A DNA stretch of 64,000 nt, from the NCBI GenBank assembly GCA_963677595.1, contig OY782041.1:1376001-1440000 (forward strand), given 5' to 3'. Below, in pieces: positions 9,313 to 19,307 of this stretch; position 1 is the stretch's first letter, and each line of letters begins with the position of its first letter. This DNA is from Spirochaetia bacterium. GTDB lineage: Bacteria > Spirochaetota > Spirochaetia > CAKZLE01. A program made the translations under genes and the position numbers. The notes below the pieces were generated by a model. That model saw only the letters and a program-made list of their open reading frames with translations. It was not told where the DNA came from and searched no databases.

Positions 9313-9726
9313 ATGCCATACGGTAGAAAACTATATAGATCAAGACATGGCGAACTGCTGGGAGTCTGCCAGGGGATCGCTGACTGGAGGGAGCTCCCGG
9401 TAGGACCGATCAGGCTGCTCGTGATCATCATCGCCGTCTCGACCGCGGTCGTCCCGGTACTCGCTATCTACATCGCGGCAGGGTTCCTGCTGCCCCTCGA
9501 ACCAACCGGCCAACAGAGACGCGAGGCCCGCGGAGGCTTCTGGGGCAGACAGTCCCGCGAAGAGTTCAAGGATAGCTTCAGGAAGGACCGGCACCATACG
9601 GTCCATGACATCAAGGATGAGTTCGAGGACCTGAAGGAGAAGGTGTCAAAGATGGAAGCGGATGTCTTTGACAAGGAGAAGGAGTGGGACAACAAGTTCC
9701 ATTCCTCAGATACGGACAGGCAGTAA
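9313..9726 (+). CDS. pspC: PspC-domain protein (copy 2, with coiled-coil tail)
   Basis: KLYRSRHGELLGVCQGIADW; C-terminal EFEDLKEKVSKMEADV. Confidence 0.88.
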   Translation: MPYGRKLYRSRHGELLGVCQGIADWRELPVGPIRLLVIIIAVSTAVVPVLAIYIAAGFLLPLEPTGQQRREARGGFWGRQSREEFKDSFRKDRHHTVHDIKDEFEDLKEKVSKMEADVFDKEKEWDNKFHSSDTDRQ

Positions 9727-9766
9727 CGGCTGTACACACAGCCGCCTGCTGAGTCCTGGGGGAACC

Positions 9767-10690
9767 ATGAAAAGAATACTGTTACTTACTATGCTGCTGC
9801 TGGCGACGTTCACCCCCCTCTGGGCGAACGGGGGATCTGAGATCCTCCCATCCATCGGGATGAAACGGATCGAGGAGACGGTCATCGAGAAGCTAAGCGA
9901 TACCGGGGTGATCAGCCTGGGATCGATCGCGGCCGATATCGTGATCTACCTGGACAGCAGTGCAGAGACTGTCTCTGCCATCCTGACCGGCCATGCGAGC
10001 GACCCGATCAGCCTGAAGAAGAGCGGGAGCAGGAACAGGCTGTCGATCTCGACAGACTGGCATAACAAGAAGACTATCGTGACCAAGGACCTGGTCCTGG
10101 AAGTACACCTGCCAAAGGACTTCACCGGCGATATCGACGCAGGATCGGTATCGGGGAACGTTGAGCTCCCAGCCGGCAGCTTCGGGACGCTCTCCCTGAG
10201 TTCCACATCCGGGAACATCAGCTTCAGGGATGTGAAGGCCACAGAGTCTTCCCTCCATACCGTTTCTGGTAGTATCGAGGCTGTCAATGCAGCTCTCGGG
10301 GACCTGGAGGTAGAGACGACCTCCGGGAAAGTGACCCTTGCCGAGATCGAGAGCAGGGATGCCTCGGCATCTTCGGTGTCAGGCTCTCTCAGCCTCTCAG
10401 GCCGTGCCGACACGCTCAGGGCCAAGTCGATCTCAGGGGAGGTCACGCTCTCCCTTGAAGCCATCACGGACTCCGTGGAAGCGGAGTCGATCTCCGGTGA
10501 TATCACGATCACCCTGCCGAAGGGTATCGATGCCTTTGGGTCGGTCTCCTCGGTGAGCGGCTCGAAGGATATCAAGCTGGACAGTGTCCATATCTCCGGG
10601 AACAACCGAGTCCTGGAGTTCTCCACCGGCCGGGAAGACATCGAGATCGATGCATCCTCGGTATCAGGGTCGATCCTGATCAGGGAATAA
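9767..10690 (+). CDS. Exported DUF4097/putative-adhesin beta-repeat protein
   Basis: Signal peptide (..PLWANG), repeated S(V/T/I)SG beta-strand units; last gene of psp operon 2. Confidence 0.85.
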   Translation: MKRILLLTMLLLATFTPLWANGGSEILPSIGMKRIEETVIEKLSDTGVISLGSIAADIVIYLDSSAETVSAILTGHASDPISLKKSGSRNRLSISTDWHNKKTIVTKDLVLEVHLPKDFTGDIDAGSVSGNVELPAGSFGTLSLSSTSGNISFRDVKATESSLHTVSGSIEAVNAALGDLEVETTSGKVTLAEIESRDASASSVSGSLSLSGRADTLRAKSISGEVTLSLEAITDSVEAESISGDITITLPKGIDAFGSVSSVSGSKDIKLDSVHISGNNRVLEFSTGREDIEIDASSVSGSILIRE

Positions 10691-10714
10691 CAGCCCGAAG
10701 TAAAAGACATCCAT

Positions 10715-10745
10715 ACGGCAGCCCATCAGGGCTGCCGTTTCCTTC
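10715..10745 (+). terminator. Intrinsic terminator of psp operon 2
   Basis: ACGGCAGCCC-ATCA-GGGCTGCCGT then TTCCTT. Confidence 0.7.
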
Positions 10746-10813
10746 CCCAATAATCCACATCTCCCTCAAGATTCTTATTGTCCAATGATTTATATCATGA
10801 TAGTATCCGCAGT

Positions 10814-12592
10814 ATGGAACAGATGAGACGTACCGTGACATGCGGTGAATTACGGAAAGAAGATGAGAACAGGACAGTCACCCTCAACGGCTGGGTCCAC
10901 AGGAACCGGGACCATGGGGGTGTTCATTTCATAAACATGCGGGATCGCTACGGGATCACCCAGGTCGTGATCGACCAGGATGCCTCTGCGGACTTGCAGG
11001 AAGCAGCCGAAGAGGTGAAGTTCGAGTACTGCATCGCGGTGGAGGGCACCGTGCGGACCAGGCCGGACTCCATGAGGAACCCCGACATGGCTACCGGCGA
11101 TATCGAGGTGACAGCCTCCAAGATCGTGGTCCTCAACACCTGCGGCACCCTCCCCTTCATGATCGATGAGGAGTCTGACGCCAAGGAGGAGCTGCGGCTC
11201 CAGTACCGGTACCTCGACCTCAGGTCATCAGGCATGCAGCGGAGGATCAAGCTCAGGCATGACTTCACCTTCGCGGTGAGAGAGTACCTCTCGAACCAGG
11301 GCTTCTTCGAGATCGAGACCCCTACCCTCATCAAGTCTACCCCGGAAGGGGCACGGGACTTCCTCGTGCCTTCCCGTGTGCAGCCGGGCAAGTTCTATGC
11401 CCTGCCCCAGTCACCCCAGCTCTTCAAGCAGATCCTCATGGTCTCAGGCTTTGACAAGTACTTCCAGATCGCGAGATGCTATAGGGATGAGGATGCACGG
11501 GGGGACCGACAGCTCGAGTTCACCCAGATAGACATGGAGATGACCTTCGTCAACCGTGACCAGGTCTTCAAGGTCACCGAGGGGATGTTCAACCATGTCT
11601 TTGCCAAGACACTCGGCATGGAACTTCCGGCCAATTTCCGGAGGATCTCCTACGATGATGCGATGAACACTTACGGGAGCGACAAGCCCGACTTGCGCTT
11701 CGACATCGAGATGAAGCCCTTCGACGAGTTCGCAAGTAAGAGCTCGTTCAACGCGTTCAAGACGGTCGTAGAGAACGGCGGCTGCGTCAAGGCGCTCGTC
11801 GCACCCGGCTGCGCCCACTACTCGAGGAAGATGATCACCGACCTTGAGGATACGGCTAAGATCTACAAGGCAAAGGGCCTTGCCTGGATGAAGGTCACCG
11901 AGAGCGGCTTCGAGGGTGGAGTATCGAAGTTCTTCGCTGACAGCTTTGATGAGATCACCTCCTATATGGGAGCATCTGCCGGGGATCTCATCCTCATGGT
12001 CGCAGACTCCTGGCTGGTGACCTGTAACTCACTCGGGGCTGTGCGAAGCAGGCTTGGGAAGGACCTCGGGCTCCTCGACCCCAAGCGGTTCGAGTTCTGC
12101 TGGATCATCGACTTCCCCCTCTTCGAGTACAACGAGGATGAAGGACGCTGGGAAGCTGCCCACCATATGTTCTCCATGCCTCAGGAGCAGTACCTCGACA
12201 CTATGGAGTCCAATCCCGGCGAGGTGAAGGGAGACCTCTACGACCTCGTCCTCAACGGCTACGAAGTCGCTTCAGGTTCCATCCGAATCCATGACCCGGA
12301 GATCCAGAAGCGGATCTTCTCCATCGTCGGTTTCTCGGAGGAAGAGGCAGAGAAGCGGTTCGGTTTCCTCCTCAATGCCTTCAGGTACGGAGCACCTCCC
12401 CACGGCGGTATCGCACCGGGACTCGACAGGCTCCTCATGATCATCAGCGGAGAGACCTCGATCAAGGAGGTCATCGCATTCCCGAAGAACTCCGTCGGGA
12501 TCTCACCGATGGACGATTCACCTTCCCCGGTCGATGAGCAGCAGCTTTCCGACCTGCACCTCAAGCTTGACTTGCCTGAAGAAGAGGCATAG
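10814..12592 (+). CDS. aspS: Aspartate--tRNA ligase
   Basis: LQYRYLDLR, TPEGARDFLVPSR, ALPQSPQLFKQ, GAPPHGGIAPGLDR. Confidence 0.97.
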   Translation: MEQMRRTVTCGELRKEDENRTVTLNGWVHRNRDHGGVHFINMRDRYGITQVVIDQDASADLQEAAEEVKFEYCIAVEGTVRTRPDSMRNPDMATGDIEVTASKIVVLNTCGTLPFMIDEESDAKEELRLQYRYLDLRSSGMQRRIKLRHDFTFAVREYLSNQGFFEIETPTLIKSTPEGARDFLVPSRVQPGKFYALPQSPQLFKQILMVSGFDKYFQIARCYRDEDARGDRQLEFTQIDMEMTFVNRDQVFKVTEGMFNHVFAKTLGMELPANFRRISYDDAMNTYGSDKPDLRFDIEMKPFDEFASKSSFNAFKTVVENGGCVKALVAPGCAHYSRKMITDLEDTAKIYKAKGLAWMKVTESGFEGGVSKFFADSFDEITSYMGASAGDLILMVADSWLVTCNSLGAVRSRLGKDLGLLDPKRFEFCWIIDFPLFEYNEDEGRWEAAHHMFSMPQEQYLDTMESNPGEVKGDLYDLVLNGYEVASGSIRIHDPEIQKRIFSIVGFSEEEAEKRFGFLLNAFRYGAPPHGGIAPGLDRLLMIISGETSIKEVIAFPKNSVGISPMDDSPSPVDEQQLSDLHLKLDLPEEEA

Positions 12593-12603
12593 ATACCAGC
12601 CTA

Positions 12604-12636
12604 CAAGGACCCCTGAACGGGGTCCTTGCTGCTTTT
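12604..12636 (+). terminator. Terminator after aspS
   Basis: CAAGGACCCC-TGAAC-GGGGTCCTTG then CTGCTTTT. Confidence 0.7.
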
Positions 12637-12753
12637 ATGGGCAACCAACTCTATTAACGAATCTTAATCTTCCCAATACCTGGAATCAATGTTCATCCTG
12701 TAGATTACAGATACAGACAAAGAAACAACAGGAAACTGTAAGGAGAAGAAAAA

Positions 12754-13347
12754 ATGAAGAGATTAGGATTAGTCGTAGTTTTATTGGCCCTCAGCATGGC
12801 ACTATTCGCAAACGGAGCCCAGGAGCAGGGAACGAAGATCCAGCCGGGCACCCGACTGGCAGCACCGCAAGAGGTTACGGTATCAGGGACCTTGGACGTG
12901 ACAGATGAAGAGATCACCATCAAGACAGCAGACGGGACCTATTCCCTCTCTGCACGCGGTGCAGGGCTGAATGACTACTCAGCACTCGATGGTACCCAGG
13001 TTGAGATAAACGGCCTGCTTACCGACGGTATGTTAGCTGACTGTGATGAGGATTATGACGGGCACATCTTCGTAGCCGAGGCTTCAGCTAACGGAGAGAC
13101 CTATGAGTTCTCATCTTTCGCAGGGAACAGGACCATGCTCTCGAACAGGTCTGACCGATACAGCCAGGGAACCATGGGATCGACCAGAGGATCCGGCAGG
13201 CCAGGGATGACCAGGGGCTCACAGCCCTCACGCTCAAACGACTATGATTCGGTCCGCAGGACTGGCGGGAACATGATGTACGGCGGTTCAGCGAACCAGA
13301 CTCCCCGACAGGGCCAGCAGGGATACGGCTTCAACGGGGCGATCTAG
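12754..13347 (+). CDS. Exported hypothetical protein with Gly/Arg/Gln-rich disordered tail
   Basis: Signal peptide MKRLG...ALFANG, SD AGGAG, downstream hairpin 13386-13407. Confidence 0.75.
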   Translation: MKRLGLVVVLLALSMALFANGAQEQGTKIQPGTRLAAPQEVTVSGTLDVTDEEITIKTADGTYSLSARGAGLNDYSALDGTQVEINGLLTDGMLADCDEDYDGHIFVAEASANGETYEFSSFAGNRTMLSNRSDRYSQGTMGSTRGSGRPGMTRGSQPSRSNDYDSVRRTGGNMMYGGSANQTPRQGQQGYGFNGAI

Positions 13348-13545
13348 CTCAAAGCAGGACGATCCTGCCTTCCCGATCTATATATACGGCCCAGGGAACT
13401 GGGCCGTTTCTGCGTCCCGGGACGCAGGGGATGACTCAACCTCCGGCTGTGAATAACTTTTCATTTCTTATTGAAAAAAGAGTAGAAAAAACTTCCCGGT
13501 ACGGGTATGATGGATGTACATCGTGATTCTATTCACGATTCTTCC

Positions 13546-13617
13546 GGGCGGCTAACTCAGTGGGAGAGTGCTACCTTCACACGGTAGAAGTCAGCAGTTC
13601 AAATCTGCTGCTGCCCA
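13546..13617 (+). tRNA. tRNA-Val (anticodon CAC), CCA not encoded
   Basis: Cloverleaf: GGGCGGC/GCTGCCC acceptor, anticodon arm CTACC-TT-CAC-AC-GGTAG, T-loop GTTCAAATC. Confidence 0.96.
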
Positions 13618-13620
13618 AAC

Positions 13621-13652
13621 ATAAGGACCATCCCTTTGGGGATGGTCCTTAT
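13621..13652. terminator. Perfect hairpin after tRNA-Val (likely bidirectional terminator)
   Basis: ATAAGGACCATCCC-TTTG-GGGATGGTCCTTAT. Confidence 0.75.
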
Positions 13653-13963
13653 GTTTGGTGTTCTGGATAGAACGTGATGCCTACCCTAAGAATATGGTCC
13701 AGTAAGTCTTCATGGGAGAGATGCGTAGCATCCACTATATCGACAAGATATGGGAAGGGGCTCAACTCTTCAAGTTGGGCTTTGAGTGAGGATATGGTTC
13801 TCATCGTAACGTCTTGTCCATATATTGCAATATCTATATCAGAGCTATCCTTGTAGGATCCTAATGCACGGGATCCGAATACTCTCGCTTCGGTGATCTC
13901 ACGATAACGGCTAAGGGCCTTTCTTATGTACGAGATGTCCGCATCAGATAACCCGAACATCAT
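13649..13963 (-). CDS. Minimal nucleotidyltransferase (MNT, HI0073-like) antitoxin
   Basis: FGSRALGSYKDSSDIDI (GS-x10-DxD). Confidence 0.88.
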   Translation of the reverse strand: MMFGLSDADISYIRKALSRYREITEARVFGSRALGSYKDSSDIDIAIYGQDVTMRTISSLKAQLEELSPFPYLVDIVDATHLSHEDLLDHILRVGITFYPEHQT

Positions 13964-14355
13964 AATTCCTTTGTGAGACTGTCGAGCAATGCCCGAAGAA
14001 CCGGATAGAATTTCTCGCGGATCAGCGTCTCTGCTTTTTTCACGTACTCTTCACTATAGGTATGAGCCATAAGATTCCTGCTTTCAAGAGCTTCGATCCA
14101 GGTATGACCATCCTCTATCATTCCTGACCGGAAACCCTCCTGGATGACTTTTCGTGGTGTTGCCGCTTCGATTCCCTCTGAAGAAAGATAATCCTTCAAT
14201 GTTTTCCAGCTGAGTTCGAACGTATACTCAAAGCATTGAACAAGTCCCTGTAGTTCGAATTTGCTGAGCGATGGTAATGCAAGGAACTCCTCAAGCTGTA
14301 CCAGGGCTTTACGAAAATTCTGAGATCGTTGTATCCATCTTACATCCTGTTCCAT
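13960..14355 (-). CDS. HEPN (HI0074-like) protein, putative toxin
   Basis: FEYTFELSWKTLK, RNLMAHTY (Rx4HxY); overlaps MNT start. Confidence 0.88.
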   Translation of the reverse strand: MEQDVRWIQRSQNFRKALVQLEEFLALPSLSKFELQGLVQCFEYTFELSWKTLKDYLSSEGIEAATPRKVIQEGFRSGMIEDGHTWIEALESRNLMAHTYSEEYVKKAETLIREKFYPVLRALLDSLTKEL

Positions 14356-14499
14356 ACGTACCTCTTATGAGTAGTATACAGGAATAAACGATTTTCAGAA
14401 AGTGCCTTCCTCTTCCTGCATCAAGGAGAGGCCGGGGAGCAATCCTTAAACATAGAGGAACCGTTCAATCTATCAGGATGATAGGTATCAGATGCGTCA

Positions 14500-15207
14500 T
14501 TATTCTGCGCTTACGTTCACAGCCTTGATCTCAACGGTTTCTGGAGGTAGAACATCCTTGTCAAATATTGCCTTTAAAAGAATCTTTTGGCTCTCTTTCG
14601 TATGAGATACTATTCGTTCAACAGCACTATGTTTATCCCCTGCAATCATATCTTCAAGAATCTTATGATGGTCATCACTGATCCGTATTCTAAAATCCCG
14701 ATTAGCAAAGTAGATGCGCCTGTACCTGTTACTCTGGTCCCACAAACTTTCCAGTATTCGCAAAAGTGGTTCATTCTTAGCAAGCGCGAAAATCGCAAAA
14801 TGGAAATCACGATTCTGCTGTAACACACTTTCCAGATTATCTTCATCGACGATCTGTGAATCAAGCAGTTCCTTGATTTTCTCCAGATCTGCAGGCTCTG
14901 CGTTGTTGATAGCATCAATAACAGCGATAGGCTCCAACACACTTCGTATTGAAAAAATATGATTAAGATTCTCTATAGAAATGGGGCTTACTATTGCCCC
15001 CCTACGTGGGATCAACTGCACTAAACCATCTGCTGCAAGTTTATCGAGTGCCTGGCGTATCGGAAGACGGCTAAGGCCCAGATTCCGTGCAATCTCATCC
15101 TGGTTTACTCGTTCGCCTGGAAGGCATTCACCAGTGAGTATCAGTGACTTGATATTGTTATAAGCATAAAGTGAAGCCATAATTGGTTTTTGCGTGTTTT
15201 CTACCAT
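14500..15207 (-). CDS. GntR-family (FCD) transcriptional regulator
   Basis: wHTH LGLSRLPIRQAL...IPRRGA; NRDFHFAI FCD domain. Confidence 0.92.
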   Translation of the reverse strand: MVENTQKPIMASLYAYNNIKSLILTGECLPGERVNQDEIARNLGLSRLPIRQALDKLAADGLVQLIPRRGAIVSPISIENLNHIFSIRSVLEPIAVIDAINNAEPADLEKIKELLDSQIVDEDNLESVLQQNRDFHFAIFALAKNEPLLRILESLWDQSNRYRRIYFANRDFRIRISDDHHKILEDMIAGDKHSAVERIVSHTKESQKILLKAIFDKDVLPPETVEIKAVNVSAE

Positions 15208-15228
15208 ACAACGAAACCTCTTCCTTAA

Positions 15229-15885
15229 TCAGTTTAACTGGGCATTATAGCTGTATTTTGTATCAACTTCAAGACTCGTTAAACCAGAACGTAAATCAGC
15301 ACACATCGATTCTTCCTTTGCGTAGAGTTCTTCTGCTTTATCTAACACCTCTGGAAAAATCTCGCTTGGAATCACAGCTACTCCGCTCCGATCTGCGATT
15401 ATTATATCTCCAGGACGTACTTGAACCCCGCCAAATTGTATCAGAATATTAGTAGCTTCTTCCATAGCTCTACCACGAGCTGTTGCTACAACACTCCCTC
15501 GAGCATACACTGGGAAATCCAGGTCAACATAGTCATCTATATCCCTGCACGCACCATCAATCACCACACCAGATAGACCTTTGAGACTTGCGCCTGTTGC
15601 AAGTACTCCACCCCAACAGGAGATGTCGAGTCTTCCCCCATTGTCGATAACAATAATATCCCCTGGTCGTGCACTTTCAATAGCCTTAACTCCTAAATGT
15701 GTTCCAGATGTAGATTTTCCTGCTGGAATCATTCTTAGCGTAACAGCTTCCCCAACAATCTTTTTACGCACCTCACAGATCGGTCGAATCCCAATGGTAG
15801 CTCCAGCACTATGATAAAAATCCAGTGCATCAGCCACATTTGTTGTAGAAAGCTTATACAACCTTTCTCTTTGTAAATCGTCCAT
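15229..15885 (-). CDS. RraA-like/HMG-CHA aldolase family protein (1)
   Basis: NVADAL, CWGG, VIDGACRD, VRPGDIIIADRSG. Confidence 0.88.
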   Translation of the reverse strand: MDDLQRERLYKLSTTNVADALDFYHSAGATIGIRPICEVRKKIVGEAVTLRMIPAGKSTSGTHLGVKAIESARPGDIIVIDNGGRLDISCWGGVLATGASLKGLSGVVIDGACRDIDDYVDLDFPVYARGSVVATARGRAMEEATNILIQFGGVQVRPGDIIIADRSGVAVIPSEIFPEVLDKAEELYAKEESMCADLRSGLTSLEVDTKYSYNAQLN

Positions 15886-16109
15886 TGTTCTTCTCCCTCT
15901 TGGTGATTTTTGATATATGATAATATATACTATTTTCGGTCGATTCGCAACCTTACGATATGCTAATACTCAGTTTAATAGCAAAAATTGTATCCTGAAT
16001 CAAAATTCAGTATGCAATACACCCAAAAATCTCTATCTGTTTTGTTATTTGTATGGTTGTTCTCGGCATTATCTCAATAGCACTTCAGGGAAATTCGTAA
16101 GGAGAGTCC

Positions 16110-17159
16110 CTACGTAATAATTGTATATTGCAATATTACGTATATACCATAGAGCGAGAGCAGTAAGAATCCTTGCCACCGGGGAAAGGTTTTTCCCTTA
16201 TTGGTACTTATGAATATGCGGAATACCCATAAAACCAGAAGCATAGCCGGAAAGTGAATAATGTAGAAGTTTTGCGAGATTGCCAGAGGACGTGCTGTCG
16301 CTGCAGCCCCGATGACAAAGAGGCAGTTCAGGACATCGGCTCCGACAACATTGCCCACCGTAATTTCCGGATGACCCTTACGAACCGCTGTAATTGCTGT
16401 CATGAGCTCCGGGAGTGAGGTCCCAAATGCCACCATAGTAGCTGCGATTACATCCTGGGGAACCCCCAGCTGCAGGGCAAGTTCACTGGCAGCGGGAATG
16501 AGGATACGAGCACCGGAGATAACCATGCCGATCCCTCCTGCGATCATAACCCAACATATTCCCAAGGAAGCATCACTCTCATGAGATGCAGTGTCCGTTC
16601 CCATATCCTCTTCTGTATGCCCACGAGACCAAAGAAGATTCATTACCAAATACACAGCCAGCAAGACAAGGAACCCAATTCCTACTGGTCGACCGAGGGC
16701 CCTCTCGTCAGGAAGAAATAGTAGAGGGAATACCGATATTGCTACCAGCAGGGTCGCTGATCCCACCTGCCACCAGCCATTCCGATTCAGGATATATGTG
16801 TTCATTGGTACTGAGGCGATCAATGCTGTAAAGCCGAAGATCAACCCTGTATCAGCTATGATAGATCCTATACCATTCCCAAGCGCTAGACCTGGATCAC
16901 CCTGGAAGGCCGCCAGTACAGATACAAACGCTTCCGGCATAGTAGTACCGAGAGACACGATAGTAGCCCCAATGACTACTTTTGGTATAGAGGTCCGCTC
17001 AGCAAGATCGACCACTCCATCGATCATGAGATCAGCACCTTTCGATAACAGGAAGACCCCTAGTACGATAACGAGGAGAAGTGCCCATATCGGGAAAGAG
17101 GAGATTAACTCATTCAGTACCTCTTCATCAGAGATATATTGCCAGATAGTATGAATCAT
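16110..17159 (-). CDS. Ca2+/Na+ antiporter (CaCA, YrbG-like)
   Basis: alpha-repeats GTTMPE and GTSLPE, GNVVGAD. Confidence 0.9.
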   Translation of the reverse strand: MIHTIWQYISDEEVLNELISSFPIWALLLVIVLGVFLLSKGADLMIDGVVDLAERTSIPKVVIGATIVSLGTTMPEAFVSVLAAFQGDPGLALGNGIGSIIADTGLIFGFTALIASVPMNTYILNRNGWWQVGSATLLVAISVFPLLFLPDERALGRPVGIGFLVLLAVYLVMNLLWSRGHTEEDMGTDTASHESDASLGICWVMIAGGIGMVISGARILIPAASELALQLGVPQDVIAATMVAFGTSLPELMTAITAVRKGHPEITVGNVVGADVLNCLFVIGAAATARPLAISQNFYIIHFPAMLLVLWVFRIFISTNKGKTFPRWQGFLLLSLYGIYVILQYTIIT

Positions 17160-17222
17160 AATATCCCCATACACGTTCATGAAATAAGCACCTGTTTCTG
17201 TACGCCGATTAGGTGTTTTGTC

Positions 17223-18419
17223 TCAGAAACGGTTGATCTGAGCAGCTGCTCTATTCGGCGTCACGTTCACCGTAAGGGCAACGGCAGAGTTTGCCAGTGC
17301 CATAACCCCTGCCATGATGAATAACAACTCCACACCAAGTTCCTGCCAGACGAACCCACCCACGACGGCGATGACGATACTGATCAGGTGATCTATCGAA
17401 AGGCCTGTTGTCAGGGTAGCGGTCATCTCATCCCTGTCACTGCTGAGACTCTTTACGTAGACACCTCCTGCCATACTGGCGTTAGACAGGATGTTATCCA
17501 GAATGTACGCGATTATGACCGCTATATATGCCGTATCCTGAGGGAAGATATGGTGGGCAAACCCATATACCATGCAGACAAAGAACAGGATAACCGTGTC
17601 CCCCACCATGACTGCCTTGAACCCGATCCTATCAATGGTTTTCCCGATAATGGGGGAAATAAATATATTCAGGGCGGCGCTGACCGCTAATAGAGACGAA
17701 ATCACCGACACCGAAGCTCCATACATGAGTATCAGGGCATAGGGTCCGAAAGTTAGGAACACTTGTTTCCGTGCACCATAGAAGATCTGGAGTAGATAAT
17801 ACTTGCTGTACTTCTTAGCAAAATAGAGGCGCTGTCTTGAAATCTTACGGGTATCACTCTTCAGCTTGAAGGAGATGATGATTGAAAGCCCAACTAAGAT
17901 GATAGCAGCGATGAATATGGTTCGGTAGCCTGCTTCTCCTGAGACAAAGAAGAAAACTATGGGAACGAGGAAAAAACCGGTGACTTTCCCGATGTTCAGT
18001 ATTCCCCGCATAGTGCCGAGCGCCTTGCCTTCCTGGCCTGGCTCAACCGAATTGACAGCATAAGCCTGCCTTAACGGGATCGCAATATGGACACCGGTAC
18101 TCCAGAGCATCAATAGTGCGATTGCAGGAATCAAGTTTTTCCCGACTAGGAAAAACCCAGTTACGCCTACGAGAGCAAATATATAGCCGAACTGCAGTAT
18201 TCGATTTTCGGGGAATCGGTAGAAAAATGCTAAGATTACTACCAGGAAGAGTCCTGGGAGTTCACGAAAGAACTCAACGACACCCCTATCTGCCTTCGAA
18301 ACCTCCAGGATATGAGCAAGGTAGTTATCGAGGACACCCCGGAAGAGGGCGACAGCGATACCGAATAATAAAACAGTGAGACTGAAATAATGAAATTGTG
18401 TTAACTTATCTTTTGCCAT
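17223..18419 (-). CDS. MFS transporter
   Basis: ~12 hydrophobic segments, FRELPG, YGARKQVFLTF, GKTIDRIG. Confidence 0.85.
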   Translation of the reverse strand: MAKDKLTQFHYFSLTVLLFGIAVALFRGVLDNYLAHILEVSKADRGVVEFFRELPGLFLVVILAFFYRFPENRILQFGYIFALVGVTGFFLVGKNLIPAIALLMLWSTGVHIAIPLRQAYAVNSVEPGQEGKALGTMRGILNIGKVTGFFLVPIVFFFVSGEAGYRTIFIAAIILVGLSIIISFKLKSDTRKISRQRLYFAKKYSKYYLLQIFYGARKQVFLTFGPYALILMYGASVSVISSLLAVSAALNIFISPIIGKTIDRIGFKAVMVGDTVILFFVCMVYGFAHHIFPQDTAYIAVIIAYILDNILSNASMAGGVYVKSLSSDRDEMTATLTTGLSIDHLISIVIAVVGGFVWQELGVELLFIMAGVMALANSAVALTVNVTPNRAAAQINRF

Positions 18420-18742
18420 ATGATTTTCTGCCTTATGTGCATACGGAGACTTTCCCCTCATGAACAATACTGAGATTATTTTTCTCATAGACTTGTATTG
18501 CCATGTACTGCTAGTAGGCAAACCGCATGTGAACAGCTCACAGTTTTGTACTACTGACTTCCCTTTCCCCTGCCCCTCAATTCCCATTGTGAAACAGTTT
18601 CTTAAAAAGATTGGTATTTCCAGTAGTTTTCATAGATCATGAGTGTTAATCACCGGAATAACTCATCTCCAGCGCCAATCCTTTGTATGTGGGCTCGGTT
18701 ATACTTTTTTGACAATGTGCGGCTGAACCTTACTGTTCCTGA

Positions 18743-19282
18743 TTATCCAATCGAAGGGTACAATTTGTTCTTAAAGTAAGCTAATTGACCTCCAGCATTG
18801 ATTACATCAAGGATAAAGGAAGGAAACTTATTGAATGCTATTACCGTATCCTGGTCACGATTGATGATTATGCTATTCTCATAATCGAGTTTCAGATGAT
18901 CCCCTGTATTCACAAATTTGCTGATACCAGGGCAAGTTATTGCGGGTAACCCATTATTGATGGCATTACGAAAAAAGTATCGTGAGAATGATTCTCCCAC
19001 AACACATGTTACGCCGGCACCGATCAAAGCAACTACAGGATGCTTGATACTCTTCCCACCACATCCAAAATTCTTCCCTGCAACAACGATATCATAAGCA
19101 CCACCTGAAAAAGGGATGTTCTCGTTTTGGTCGCGTGAGGTTACATTCTCGAATACATGCTGTCCTAACATAACAGGATCAGGATCAGGACGTTCCATAT
19201 TCCAATACGTTTGAGCAATAATTTCATATGTAGTTATATCATCACCACATTTCCATACTTTTCCGGTTCTCTGTAATTCCAT
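18743..19282 (-). CDS. LeuD/HacB-like aconitase-family small subunit (divergent)
   Basis: GKVWKCGDDIT, AGKNFGCG, SFSRYFFRNAINNGLP. Confidence 0.85.
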   Translation of the reverse strand: MELQRTGKVWKCGDDITTYEIIAQTYWNMERPDPDPVMLGQHVFENVTSRDQNENIPFSGGAYDIVVAGKNFGCGGKSIKHPVVALIGAGVTCVVGESFSRYFFRNAINNGLPAITCPGISKFVNTGDHLKLDYENSIIINRDQDTVIAFNKFPSFILDVINAGGQLAYFKNKLYPSIG

Positions 19283-19307
19283 ATTCCCATCCAATCATTA
19301 GTAAGAT

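Noticed and set aside
10814-11120. Calling AspRS non-discriminating from the RDHGG His
   Set aside because: Second determinant (Gly) is not evident; cannot be decided from this window
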